Positions 13,562-26,641 of a stretch of DNA of 64,000 nt are shown here, in pieces (position 1 is the first letter of the stretch; each line of letters opens with the position of its first letter). A program made the translations under genes and the position numbers. The notes beneath the pieces were generated by a model. It worked only from the letters and a program-made list of their open reading frames with translations. It did no database searches and was not told the origin of the DNA. The stretch covers positions 34,658,001 through 34,722,000 of the forward strand of contig NC_042999.1 of assembly GCF_006345805.1 (NCBI RefSeq), given 5' to 3'. Source of the DNA: Octopus sinensis (Eukaryota).

Positions 13562-14504
13562 AGACGCAAAACTGCGTTTGACCATCTGGCAAAACTGGTG
13601 AGAATTTGTTGACCTGTGTCCGTTTTCTCTTTGTGCGTTTATTATATGGTTTTTAACTTGTATATATGTGTGAATGTGTGTGTATGTGTGTGTGCGTGCA
13701 TGCATGTGTGTGTGTGTGCGTGCGCATATGTCAGGAAGTTTCTGAGTGCTTCTGGCACAATGTTCCATCCAGAACAACCTGCTGCGTTGTTGATTAAACA
13801 GGAAACTCCACTAAGCTTGCTTACCTAGAAGGGTGGTTAAACACGCTGCAGGATGAAAAAAGATCTGTCATACGACGGATGAAATCATCAATTCAATAGC
13901 TATCCAATATTCTGTACACAACCTTGGTCCAGGCACTTCCCACGGATAGCAGTAGGTAGATTCCTGCAGTATTCATCGACAAACACAGTGGCTGCGCGGA
14001 GGATTGACACGTTTTCAACAACAGACTGGCATAACAGGTCAGCACAGATCCACGCAGAGCGTATTGTAGTACATTACTGGGCATGAATAATCCCTAGCCC
14101 CGGTTAGCACATCGTTCTTGGAGAAGGAAAGCCCTGGTGTAAAGCCTACGGCTCGATAGCAACCAGTGATGTTGACTAGTTCTTTTTTTGAATATTTGTC
14201 ATCATTGCTCAGAAAAGGGTATTGGTCGTGTATAAGGCTTCTTCTCACTTTAAAAAGCGGCATAAAAAGCGGCATAGACAAGTACCAGAATCTTCATCTG
14301 AAACTCGAGAATGAGGAAGTAATCATCATGAATACAGACACAAACGCACACACGAACACACACACATCTATTATGATGATGAACTTGTTTGTAAGTTTGT
14401 TCAAAATCAAGCAATAAGGGTAGCATTGGAAGTAAGAATTAAAAAAACAGAATATACAAAATGGTAATTACAATGAGAGAGGGAGTGGTATCAAACAGCG
14501 CATC

Positions 14505-14507
14505 TCG

Positions 14508-14541
<34 letters not shown>

Positions 14542-14593
14542 TTATTCTCTCCTCTCTCCTCTATTCTCTTTTCTCTCTCTCTCTCTCTATCTG

Positions 14594-14639
<46 letters not shown>

Positions 14640-14682
14640 CGGTCTCCTCTCTCTCTCTTCTCTCTCTCTCTCTCTCTCTCTC
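14505..14682. repeat. (CT)n microsatellite
   Basis: Direct reading. Confidence 0.95.
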
Positions 14683-15429
14683 TGAACAACATCATTTTCA
14701 ATTTTATTCGATGAAAGCTAATTTTTTTCTGGTTAATAAAAACATTATGAGATAAGTAAATAAGATTTTTGCACCTCAAAAGTATTTTTTCTTTATCTCT
14801 ATGGATGTTTGACTGTTCTGGAAGAATTTTCTGCTTAAAAAGTTCCAAAGTTAATAGCATATAAGATAAGTAAATAAGTAGTAATTTTTAAGTCATAAAA
14901 TTAAAATATTGTCTATTGAAAGAAAGCTTGATAATATTGTCTGTTTAAAGAAAGCTAAATATAAAAGAATAGTAATTATAAATATTTACAAATACTTGCA
15001 GATACAGTGATGTTTGTAAATATTTATGGATGAAGACTTTTGCTAAGTCGGTGAAGTTTGTCTTCAAGATCTTATTCCATTTCAGGCAGTAAAGAGAGTA
15101 TGAGAGGGAGAAAGAAAGAAGGAGAGAGAGGCACAGATACAGACAGAGATAGGGAACGTGTAGACGTTGCTGGAATAAAATAATAAGTTTGTTTACAGAG
15201 AGTTTGCTTACAGAGAATTTTAATGTATCTAAGAATAGGTAGAGATATTTAGGAACGCTATTTTTCTCTTTCTCTTTCTTTTTCTTTCTTCTACCGTTTC
15301 TTTTAATTTAATTTTTTTTTGTTTTTTTCCCCCACTTCTTATCTCTGATTCTGTTTCTTTTAGTTTTGTTTTTCTTTTCCTAACTTGCAACATCATAGTC
15401 GTGCATTTAGAATATATAGACGGAGACAT

Positions 15430-15766
15430 AGCACTCAGTCGATTACAACGACGAGGGTTCCAGTTGATCCGATCAGCAGAAAATAAACCTGCTCGTGAAA
15501 TTTACGTGGAAGTGGCTAAGCACTCCACAGACCGATATATCCTTAATGTAGTTCTCAGGGACATTCAGCGTGACACAGAATGTGTCAAGGCTGGCCATTT
15601 GAGATACACAGGTACAACAGAAACAGGAAGAAAGAGTGAGAAAAAGCTGTAGAGAAAGTGTGCAGCAGGGTTCACCACCACGACCCTGCCGAAGCTTCGT
15701 GGATCTTTAGGTGTTTTCGCTGAAACCGCTCGATCTTGGAATTGAAACCGCGATCCTACGACCGCG
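15430..15766 (-). mobile_element. SINE family B, head truncated
   Basis: Aligns by eye along its length with 7021-7399. Confidence 0.85.
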
Positions 15767-16054
15767 AGTTCTCTTTTCCATTGACATTCCTTTCAGATAC
15801 AAAAGCACACACACACAAACACGCACTCTCTCTCACTTTCTCCCTATTCTTCACCCTCTTGTACTATCTTATATCTCTCTCCACCCCTTCACACTCAATT
15901 ATACTATAAAAAGAGACAAATTTTCTGAAAAAGCTCAATCTGACGACTCCACTAGAGTGGACGCAAGCGCTATTATATGATTTATAAAAACAGGTGACAT
16001 ATTGATAAATATCTGTAAATATAAAACCATCCAGATTTCTGAGTACCTCATTTC

Positions 16055-16099
<45 letters not shown>

Positions 16100-16129
16100 A
16101 TATATATATATATATATATATGTATGTAT

Positions 16130-16161
<32 letters not shown>

Positions 16162-16761
16162 TGTATGTATGTATGTATGTATGTATGTATGTATGTATAT
16201 GTTGTTGTGTGTGCATGTATAAGTAAATTTTTGGGTAAGTTTGTACATGGGGTTATTTTAATGCTGTTTAGATTTCTATAAGTGAATATTGGATAAACCG
16301 CTGCTACAAAGGGAAAGAAACCTCCGGAGATTCACCGATTGGTGGCGAAATTTCCTCGAATTCACTGATAGGTAGGGAAACTTCCTGGCAACCTATATAT
16401 GTCGTGTACAACGTAAAATTCTTTAAAATGCTTTGGAACCCTGGGTTATACATAGGCACAATCCAAATATGGAAGCTGTAAACTCGTAAAGCAGAGGCAC
16501 AAAATGGTCTTTTGTTGTGCTTCGCAAAAATCAAAATAGTGAAGAACTCAGAAAAATATGTTGTCGCATATTTGTGCGTATCTAGGTGTGACATATACAC
16601 GCATTGACCTTCATTTGTTTTTATCTCTTTCAGTTTATATGAGTATACGTTGGTGTGTATATCTATCTGTGTATATCCGTGTTGTATACACACATTTAAC
16701 TTCATCGCTTTTAGTTCGTGTGACTATATTTGTGAATATATATATATATATAATATATATA

Positions 16762-16794
<33 letters not shown>

Positions 16795-17837
16795 CGGCGG
16801 TGCATCAGCATGGCCGCAGCTCTGAGCTGAAACTAGAAAAAAAAAAAATAATATATATATATATAATATATATATATATATATAGAAAGAGAGAGAGAGA
16901 GAGAATGAAAGAAAGAAAGACAGAAAGAAAGAGAGATCCATAAATACATGCATAAATACAGGTGTGTATATCTGTACATCTACGCGTGTTCATCTGGATC
17001 TTTTTTCTAGCTTATACTCTGCATGAGGGCCGTAAAAAATACTTATAGTGATGCAAGCAGTTCCCATCGATAAACATAACGTGATAGCAGAACTGTACGA
17101 CTTCTGAGATAGTTTATAAAAGTGGAAAATATTGGTTCAGTCAACTAAATATTAACAACACTGACATCTTAGAATGTATTTGCATTTCGCTTGGAATGAT
17201 TAAAAAAGAAAAAAACCGATATGCAGTGAATCACCAGAATATTCTTCAAAGCACAGAAAAAAACTAGGAACATCAGCAAAACTTGGAGAATTACGCTGTG
17301 AACTCTGTAGGGAAACATTTATCTTTACGTAGGTTTACTCATTAAAAGCACTGACCAGCTCAAAAACCGCTGATGTTCCATATTAATCGAACTATGTACA
17401 GTGAGAATAGTGAAAGGTATATTCGCATTAGAGTGTAGGATAACTTATAGTCACCATAGTCAGCACAGCGATATACACATGCACAAAAGTATGTAAATGT
17501 TTGTGAGAGAGAATGAGTGTGGAGACAGAGAAGGACAGAGATATTAGGTCAATGTGTATATACTATATTTGTGTATGTACGTATATATTCATAAATATGC
17601 ATATATGCGTGTGTGTGTGTGTGTGTTTGTTTGTATACGTTTTATTAAAGCTGAAAAATCATCACAGAACTGTTACTCAGAGTATCACGTTCCCATTCGT
17701 CGGACAGTTGTGATAAATACGAATAGTCATCACAAATGTCCGACAGACCGGAGCGTGAAACTCTGAGTAACATTTCTGTGATAATTCTGCAACTTTGTTA
17801 AAGAGTATAGTTTTCTATCTTTGGTATTCGAGAACTA

Positions 17838-19211
17838 TCAGGTCATCCCATAAGTTCTGTCCGAATTTTGAATAAAGAAAACAAGTGATCATATGTTATA
17901 TTTAATTGAAATTTAATCATCACTACTTTTCGATTCACTACAGCGGGTATTTTTTCTTCAAAGCTTAGTTCAAACGATCTGATTGCTGACAGTAGAATTG
18001 AGCATTGATTGTTGAAGTGAATTACCCCTTTGCAATCAATGTACTTTCCCTGATTATCTATGACTTCCTTCTATCTATTTACAAGCTTTTTAATCCCCTC
18101 AATGTAAAACTCTTTTGGTTTCAAAGCGAACAACTCCGAAATGTTAATTTCCACCTCCTCCTGGCTTGCGAAATATTTCTATAAACTACGAAACAAATGG
18201 TAGTCTGAAGGAGCAAGGTCGATAGAATAAGGTGGATCAGGATTTTTTTCCCAACCAAGCTCTTCGATCTTCTGTGATATGATCTTTGCAGTGTGCGGTC
18301 GCGCATCGTCCTGATGAAACATCACTCCTTTTCGATTCACTAAAGCAGGTCTTTTTTTCTCCAAAGCTTGGTTCAATCGCTCCAAGTATTGGCAGCAGAC
18401 TTGAGCATTGATTGTTGCATTAGGTGGTAAGGATTCAAAGTGAATTACTCCTTTGCAATCCCACCAGAGAGAGAGAAGAACCTTTTTCCCATAAAGATCC
18501 CTTCTCAGTTGTGGTTGAGCTTTTTTCCCTTTTACCAAGCCACTATTTGCGACGTTTAACATTTAGATAAAAGATCCATTTTTCGTCACCAGTCACAAGT
18601 CTATCCAAAACGGGTGAAATGAATTCGCGAGAATGGAGAAAGCAGATTTGCGGTTGCTTTAGGGAACTTCATAAGGCACTCATTCTCCAAGTTTAGGAAC
18701 CTTTCCAAGTTGTTGAAGATGACGACGAACAGTTGTATGGTTTGAACTAAGCTTTATTGCCAATTCGTCACCTGATAATGCAGGATTTTCTTCAAGTAGT
18801 GCCACAAGGAGCTTATCAGCAAACTCAACTGCACGTCCTGTTCGATCTTCATGTTCAAGGCTGAAATCTTCACTTCTGAATTTTGCAAAGCATCTTCTGC
18901 AAGTTCTTTCATTCAAGCATTCTTTCCCATAAACTGAGTGTGTGTTTCGAGTAGCTTTGGCTGCAGAGTTTCCCTTTTCGTGCTCATAAAGCATTATGTG
19001 CCTCAAACGCTCTTTGGATACTTCCATGTTAGAAAGGGTTTTAATCAAAGAAATTTTTATTCTATTATTCTGTAAAATAATGTTTATTTAGATTAAATGT
19101 ACACAAATGCAGGAAAATAATTTTTAGTTCCATTAGACATTCTAAAATACTATTAAATATCATTCAGTTTTAAAAAATGTTAAATCGGACCGAACTTATG
19201 GGATGACCTGA
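17838..19211 (-). mobile_element. Full-length decayed mariner (DD34D-type) DNA transposon
   Basis: TIRs TCAGGTCATCCCATAAGTTCTGTCC at 17838 and the reverse complement (1 mismatch) ending at 19211; TA at 17836-37 and 19212-13. ORFs 18680..19048 (HTH: RLRHIMLYEHEKGNSAAKATRN...EDRTGRAVEF) and 18179..18562 (KKVLLSLWWDCKGVIHFE, FHQDDARPH, YSIDLAPSDYHLF). Frameshifted. Confidence 0.95.
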
Positions 19212-19336
19212 TACTTTTCCACCTTGTTTTGCACTTATCTGCTTACCTGTGTGTGTACGTGTGTGTGTATGTGTGTGTGTGTGTGTGTGTGTATATGTAT
19301 GTATGCATGCATGTAGGCAGATAGGTAGGAAGGAAA

Positions 19337-19367
<31 letters not shown>

Positions 19368-19368
19368 A

Positions 19369-19414
<46 letters not shown>

Positions 19415-19421
19415 TATATAT

Positions 19422-19928
19422 ATTATATAAAAGGGCTTAGTAAAATAAATTACTTTGCCGCATACTGAACTCATTAGAAATAGCAGCTAAAAAAACTAAA
19501 TGCTAAAAAAAGCATAGTGTTTACTGATTTTAACCTACGCTGGTGGAAAGGGGAGAGCAGAAATTCTTCGCTTGCATATTTGAGTTTGCTGGCACTGTTA
19601 GTTTCGAGCAGATCTTCAGAAGCGATAAGAAGCCGAAAGGGTATGCTCCCACTTTCAGTGTTTTCAAATCCAAACCAGGGAGTTCTGAGCTGATGATAGA
19701 AGTGTCGAGTTTGACTAATCTTGAAACGTACGTTCTCAAATAACCTTTGCATTTGATTTTCTAATGTCTCTACCCCCATACTTTCGTGAGTTGAATTGAG
19801 CAAACACTATATGAGAGAGGTTTTCTTTAAGTATTAGAAATAGTTTTAAAAAAGTTTTTTTAGCTGCTATTTCGAATGAGTTCAGTATGCAGCAAAGTAA
19901 TTTATTTTACTAAGCCCTTTTATATAAT
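19422..19928. mobile_element. Non-autonomous element with ~76-bp terminal inverted repeats (MITE-like or fold-back)
   Basis: 19422-19497 (ATTATATAAAAGGGCTTAGTAAAATAAATTACTTTGCCGCATACTGAACTCATTAGAAATAGCAGCTAAAAAAACT) is the near-perfect reverse complement of 19853-19928. Left flank is (TA)n. Confidence 0.75.
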
Positions 19929-21099
19929 GTAATAATTTGAATTCGCCTTAAATGGTCCCTTTGCATACTGAATACTTGGTGAAATTGATTAATTAATTAA
20001 TTTTACCCTCAATTGTTGAAATTATATATATATATTATATATGTGTGTGTGTGTGTGTATATATACAGTAACAGAGACAGAGAAATACAGAGAGGTTTGG
20101 AGACTCCGTGTGATTAAGTTACTATACTCATACATGTACATACGCATATGTGTATGTATATATTCTTATATTCATATATGTGTGTGTGTGTTTCTGTTTG
20201 TGTATAACTATGTATTTGAGAATACACAAATGTGTGAGAAAGTGTGGGAAGAGAAGAGAGATTGTAGCAGAGGAGGGGAGTCAGATAAATGCATATATTA
20301 TATTTCTGTATGTACGAATATATACGATATATATTACTTATGTATACATATATACATATATATATAGTGAGAGAGAAGATGGCGAGGGAGAGAGAATGAG
20401 AGAGAGAAAGGTGATAAAGAAAGAGAGAAGGCTAGAGCCATTCTGTGATTAAGTTACGATACTCATACATGCACACATATATGTATATACACTTACATAT
20501 ATACCTACATATATATATATGTCTGTGAGCGTGCGTGTGTGTGCGTGACCGTGCATATCTGTGTATATGTATAATGCACAATATATGGATTTTACTTATC
20601 CGGTGATAGTCATTAAAAATAACTCCATTAATGGATCAGGCTACACACTACATAGTTCTACCAAAACAAAACAAAGGAACGTAATGTATAACCCGATGAA
20701 GTAGAAACCCAAATAATCAACCCAATTAATAATGATTATTTCATTAAGAGTGCATAGAATATCCAGAAACGATTGTAGTTATACGGATGTCAGTTTTTGT
20801 TCTTCTTATACATCCATTTTTCTTTATATTTTGCATGAGTTTGTGTGTCTGTACGTGTGTCTGTGTGCATGTATGTATGTATGTAATTGAAACAATTTGG
20901 AGTCAACAAGAAGGAGTACGGTTGGACGTTTATCTTCAGTCACTACAAATGTTTCTACGCAACGTAGTTCTCCATCCGTGCAAGTACTTTCCCTGCATTA
21001 TGGGAACCGTACTCCCTGTTGACTCCATTCTTTTTTTCAATTACCTATTCACACACGACAGAAGCCATACGTAACTGCATGTACGTATAATATTACATA

Positions 21100-21545
21100 C
21101 TGGATAGCACATAATAAAATCTGAAGGTGGACGAGCTTTATAACGTAATCTACTACGTTCTTAACAGAATATACTGCAGTACTCGGACCATCAACAACTG
21201 GAACAGTTTTACTTTGAAGACCAGCGAGAAAAACTCAACCTCCCACTTGCACAGAAATATCTTGTACTTTTAGCTGTTTTCAAAGTTCACGAGAAGGAAA
21301 CCGTCAGTCAGCAATCAAGTCGCAAGAACTTAATACATTCCTGCTTCGTGAACAAGCAAATTTCAAACTCTTGATATTAGTGGTAATCATATTTTCAAAC
21401 GACAATTAAAACAAAAATTAACTTCATGGATGCAGATGAAATTACTTCGCATTTAAAATCCGGTAAATCTCTAGATTAATGTTAATGTTGATTTAATACT
21501 CCCAATTGTAAAATCATTGCATGCTAAATGGGTTTTGTCATCATT
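21100..21545 (+). mobile_element. pogo/Tigger-like transposase C-terminal relic
   Basis: QTLDISGNHIFKRQLKQKLTSW(Y)ADEITSHLKSG...VDLILPIVKSLHAKWVL resembles the QPLD..VN..K..L...WY and DL....KPLHAKW motifs of DDE_1 transposases. Frameshifted. Confidence 0.6.
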
Positions 21546-21549
21546 TAAT

Positions 21550-22340
21550 TGTACATTTGTATACATAAATGGCAATTTCTGTCTGTTTCTGACTATGCGT
21601 GTGTATTTGTTACTTTAACTCCTCCGAGACAGTCCAACCGATCTTCTTGAAACTTGACACATGTGGAGGGTTTTTACCTATGCGGTCATTTACACACTTG
21701 GAATTTTAACAAAATCGAAAATTTTTAATCAGCATCGGTTTTTCAAATATCAATAGGACATTTCTATGTAAATTTTCAAATGAATGCTTTTTCTGCCATA
21801 ACTGCCATAAGTTTTCAACCGATTTTCTCGAAGTTTTGTACACAAATGGAATATGAGCTAAGGATGGGTTGAGATAAATCATTTTTTACCTAGGCCACTC
21901 AAAAAAAGCGCAAGATGATTTTTGATTAACTGAATAAGGAAATATAGCCTAAATTCTTGTGGGGTTAAAATGTGCATCAATTATTCGAGGTTGCTTTAAC
22001 ATGTATTTTCTTAACAGCTGCTCTTAAAATTATCGATTCAAAACGTTCTAACGTTGTTTGCTAAAACATGTAACATGTATTTTCTTAACACCTGCACTTA
22101 AACTTGTCGGTTCTAACCGTTGCAATCGATATTTAACTGTCACGATCAGTGGAACTATGCCCTTGAAACACAGTCCTCAAATTAAGTGCATGTGCATTGA
22201 AAATTTTCTCTAGGGTTGCAAGAGAATTTGCCCCAAAATGACGAAAATTCCGATTTTTTATGCTGCTTTTTTCCCTCCTCATAGCATCTTGCGACTCTTA
22301 TGACAGCCACGTTGTCGCCGCTGCACGCCAACTGTTTTTG
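21550..22340 (+). mobile_element. Non-autonomous Helitron/Helentron-associated (HINE/DINE-like) element, tentative
   Basis: Typical opening TTTCTGTCTG...TTTGTTAC.TTAACTCCTCC..ACAGTCCAACCGATCTTCTTGAAACTTGACACA, an internal repeat of CAACCGATTTTCTCGAAGTTT, and a GC-rich end motif at ~22305-22330. Recognition from memory only. Confidence 0.4.
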
Positions 22341-23567
22341 TAAGTATCAACTTTCTTTTCTCTAAACAATTTTTTCTTTACTTTTCAAGCTTTTATATTT
22401 TTTCTTCATAGAACTCCTTTACAATTCCAGTCTGGGTATTTGTAATGATTATATATTTGCAGCTTTCCACTCATCTGACCAAACAATTGTCATTTTCCGA
22501 TTTCACACGTATCCGTCCTATGTCTTGATTTCATTTTTCGTCTCAGAGAAATTAGGAATTGTAATGGGTACTGGGAATAACCCCGCTCCCGGGTATTACT
22601 AGGTACCTCAGATAGTCTAAACATAAAAATATCTTGTTGCAATGTTGGAAAGATACAGGTACACTTAATGTTGAAAACAAAGAAGATAATATCATTGAAT
22701 GCCGTAATTCTAACTGATTGATTGTACGTTTTTTGTATATTTTTCATTTGAAATAAACATATTACAAAGATTTTCTTGACTAAGGTTTCTCCCCATAAAT
22801 TTGTTATGAAAATGACTGAAACTTATTTCCTTTTGTAATCAAATTTCGCGGAATTTATTTTCGCGAATTTGTCAGCCTCGCGAACATTTCATACTTCACA
22901 GTAGCATAATTATGGATGATTGTATCCATGTATATATGTATGTATGTTTGTTTACAGCTATGGATTTGCATATCCGTGTATGTATATCTGTAAATATGTA
23001 TGTATTTGTGTATGTATCGTTTGATTGATTGATCCATGCACACGTATTCATGAAAGGGAAAACGTATTCACTAAATGACAAATATATTTATTTTATTAGA
23101 AGCTACCATTCCTTGAAACCTACTTCTCAATATCATGTTTCTAACACACACAAACACCCACATACAAACACACATACAGGCAAAATTTGAAACCAATCCA
23201 TATATTATAGATGAATTAAAATAATGTGTAAAATGCACTGATTTATTTCGATTTAGTTCACATGTTTTACATGCTCCTGATTTTCAAAAGCAGTACGAGA
23301 TTAAATGAATAATTTTTGAAATATTACGCCGTTTATGGATAGCTTACGGCTCAAATTAGCAACGGTTTAGGTGCAGCTTCGTTTGTTGACGCTGCTCAAA
23401 ATTTTAGTGCGTCATTTAACTCTATGAATGATAGTTATTCCATAAGCAGAAGGGTAAGTAAATAAAGATATATTACAAAGAGATTGTTCCAGTAAATTAC
23501 TATAAACATACACATATATACATATACATGTCCTCATACCCACATACATATACTACAGAGATAGATA

Positions 23568-23578
23568 GATAGACAGAT

Positions 23579-23639
<61 letters not shown>

Positions 23640-23640
23640 T

Positions 23641-23697
<57 letters not shown>

Positions 23698-23718
23698 AGG
23701 ATCGATCGATAGATAGAT
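23568..23718. repeat. (AGAT)n microsatellite flanking the LINE 3' end
   Basis: Direct reading. Confidence 0.95.
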
Positions 23719-26346
23719 AAGTTTCTTTATTGGCCACACAGGGCTGCACACAGATGGGACAAGTTACAAGGTAGAGCTTTTCTTTTGGGGGATGAAAAAA
23801 AACAAAAAAACAAAAGAGAAAAAAAAGGGGTGGCGTAGGCTTTCGATCAAGAGGGATCGTAAAAGGGAAGAAAAGAACAAAAAAAATAAAGAAATAAAAA
23901 TAAAAAAGAAAAGAAAAAAAGAAAAAAAGAAAAGGAAAAGGAACAAAAGAAAAGAGAAATGAAAAAAGAAGAAAAAAGGGGAAAAAAAGGGGAAGAGGAA
24001 AAACAACGATCAATAGGGATCGTGTATCACAGTGTTATGATATATGGTGTAAAGGGGAAAGCAAGTAAGGTTTATCCGTGGGAAGAAAAGCCTACGAAAA
24101 AGACCACGGTAACCTTGGTCAATATTGTTATATGTTACCACATTTGTTTGCAAGTGGGTAACCCTCTGTTTTCAATTTCTGGGTTCATAGGATTATGCTC
24201 AAGGTGGCTTCGTCATTCATACGTGCCATCCTTGCTACATTCACCCATCTTTTTTTAAAACATTCGCTAGACAAAACTTGCCTCTCTACTCTCACTTTCC
24301 TTTTCAAGTGGTACTTGAAGAAGTTTATGAGAGATTGACCAGAGAGGAAAGTGTTTGTCTCCAATCCTTTCAGACGCGTCCACCAGATACATTCTTTCGC
24401 CATAGCCACAAGGATGATGAAAATAGCTCTTCCTTCCCGTTTGAAGGAAGGAGGCGTGACAATATTGACGATAGACTCAGCGGATAAACCGACTCGTCCC
24501 ACACGTAACAGCAGTTGTTCGACACAAGCCCACAGGTCGGAAATTGCTGGACACTGCACGAGTGCGTGCAGAACGGTTTCGTCGCTCTGACCGCATCTCG
24601 GGCAGGTCGGCCCCGTGTTTCTCGAGCCGTGTCTATAGAGCTTATCCCGAACGGGTAGCGCTTCTCGGTAACACTGCCAGGCCAGGGATCTCTGGAAGTT
24701 GTCCATGGGCCCTGGCCCGAAAGTCGTCCTGAACAGGCGGGTCAGGTACTCCTCGTCGACGTCCAGGTTCGCCCCGAGCTCGTCGTCGTACCTCCCCTCC
24801 ACTAATCCCCTATAGAATGCTTTGGTTGTGTTGAAGTCACTCAAGGTCGACCCAGGACGGCAGAGTTGCTTGAGAGCAACGCGACACTCGCGGTGCCATT
24901 CGCCCTTCCTCGGCCTCTTTTTGATCCACGACTGCAGTTCGGTCATGGAGACGAGCTGCGGGAAAGCGTGCCTCACAAACGGCGACCACACCTGTTCACC
25001 GTTGTCTACATAGAGCCAGAGATGCCGCAGTCTCAGCGCGTGTCTGCGCATCATCAACCACGGCATGCCCAGCCCTCCTTTTAACGGGTGTTGACAGCAA
25101 ATGCATCGCCTGACCATCGGGACGCATCCTTTCCACAAGAAGCGAAAGAGAATGCGTTGTAGTTTGGTGATGGTAGGGTCGGGACAAGGTACGACGGTCA
25201 GGCGGTAGTAGATGACGGACGCGATGTACGTGTTCGCCACCTCTGCCCGACCTTTTAGGGACAGTTTCCTCTCGGCCCATTGCCGGGCGAGAGTGACCAC
25301 CCTACTCGTTATCTCGTTCCAGTTCTTCTCCACTTGGAGGTCCGGACCAAACCAGACCCCGAGCAACTCTTCCGGGCCGTCAGTCCAGCGTCCCACGACG
25401 GAGGCGCTGGTGGACGGCATGGGCTTGCTTCTCCAGGTGCCTAGTCGCAAGCCCACTGACTTTTCCCGGCTGATTTTCGCTCCTGTCACCGGTTCGTAGT
25501 TTTTCAGTGTCTCGCCGACCTGCTCGATGTGCTCGTGGCTAGACACTATGACGGTGACGTCGTCCGCGTATGCAGACACGCTCGTCCCGCATCCCAGTTC
25601 TCGCGGGATGCCCCTCAAAGTTGCCAGCTTCCGCAATAATGGCTCGAGAGTCAATACGTATAGAAGCGACGAGAGGGGGCATCCCTGACGGACCGAACGT
25701 GCGATGTCGAAGGGTCTCGATAGATGTCCATTCACGCGAATTACCGAACGGATGCCCCTGTACAAAGCGGCTATCCAGCCGCGGAAGAAGGGACCGAAGC
25801 CAACCGCTCTGAGGACCGCCTCCAAGTATCGATGGTCTACCCTATCGAAGGCTTTCGATTGATCCAAATTGATCAGCGCCCCACCCATGCCAGGTTCGTT
25901 AATTACCCTGTCTATGATGTAGCGCATCAGATAGAGGTTGTCATGGATGGTCCGGCCTGGCACGGCGCATGCTTGCGCCTTGTCGACCAGTTTCTCGATG
26001 ACAAGCGCCAACCTCTTGGCTAGCACCTTGGCCAAAGTTTTCAAGTCTGCATTAAGCAGAGTGATGGGCCTAAAGTTATCTATTACATTTCCCTTGTTTA
26101 GATCTTTCTTCAGCAGTGTTACGGCTCCTCGGCTCACAAAACCAGGAATGCTACCGTTTTGCTGCCAGTTGCAGTACACCGCCGCCAAGAGATCTCCAAA
26201 CAAGTCTGGCATACAATTGTAAACCTCGTAGGGTAGACCATCCAAACCCGGTGATTTGTCCCTCGAGCATTCTGCCATCGCGTCCTGCACTACCGCCGCC
26301 GTGATGGCACCTTCGCAGCACCCTGCCTTTCTTGTCGAGAGTCGTG
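23719..26346 (-). mobile_element. 5'-truncated L1/Tx1-clade LINE inserted in a (GATA)n tract
   Basis: Uninterrupted RT ORF plus ~465-nt 3' UTR ending ...GCCAATAAAGAAACT followed by (TATC)n. The 5' end is truncated at 26346 directly into (GATA)n. Confidence 0.95.
24185..26346 (-). CDS. LINE ORF2 reverse transcriptase plus C-terminal CCHC zinc knuckle (endonuclease missing by 5' truncation)
   Basis: KSPGLDG, NFRPITLLNADLK, LDQSKAFDRVDH, VRQGCPLS, AYADDV, LGVWFG, CPRCGQSDETVLHALVQC. About 720 codons without stops; the first ~99 aa of the tracked 819-aa ORF are microsatellite read-through. Confidence 0.95.

Positions 26347-26641
<295 letters not shown>

Noticed and set aside
13850-14290. GC-richer coding-like stretch, possibly a TE relic
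   Set aside because: Hand translation of several frames gave no identifiable RT, endonuclease or transposase motif.
16304-16705. 133-aa minus-strand ORF with partly complex sequence
   Set aside because: No motif recognised in any frame; half of it is low-complexity.
22490-22747. CR1-like C-terminal motif (SNTRERGYSQ)
   Set aside because: Too short and degenerate to call.
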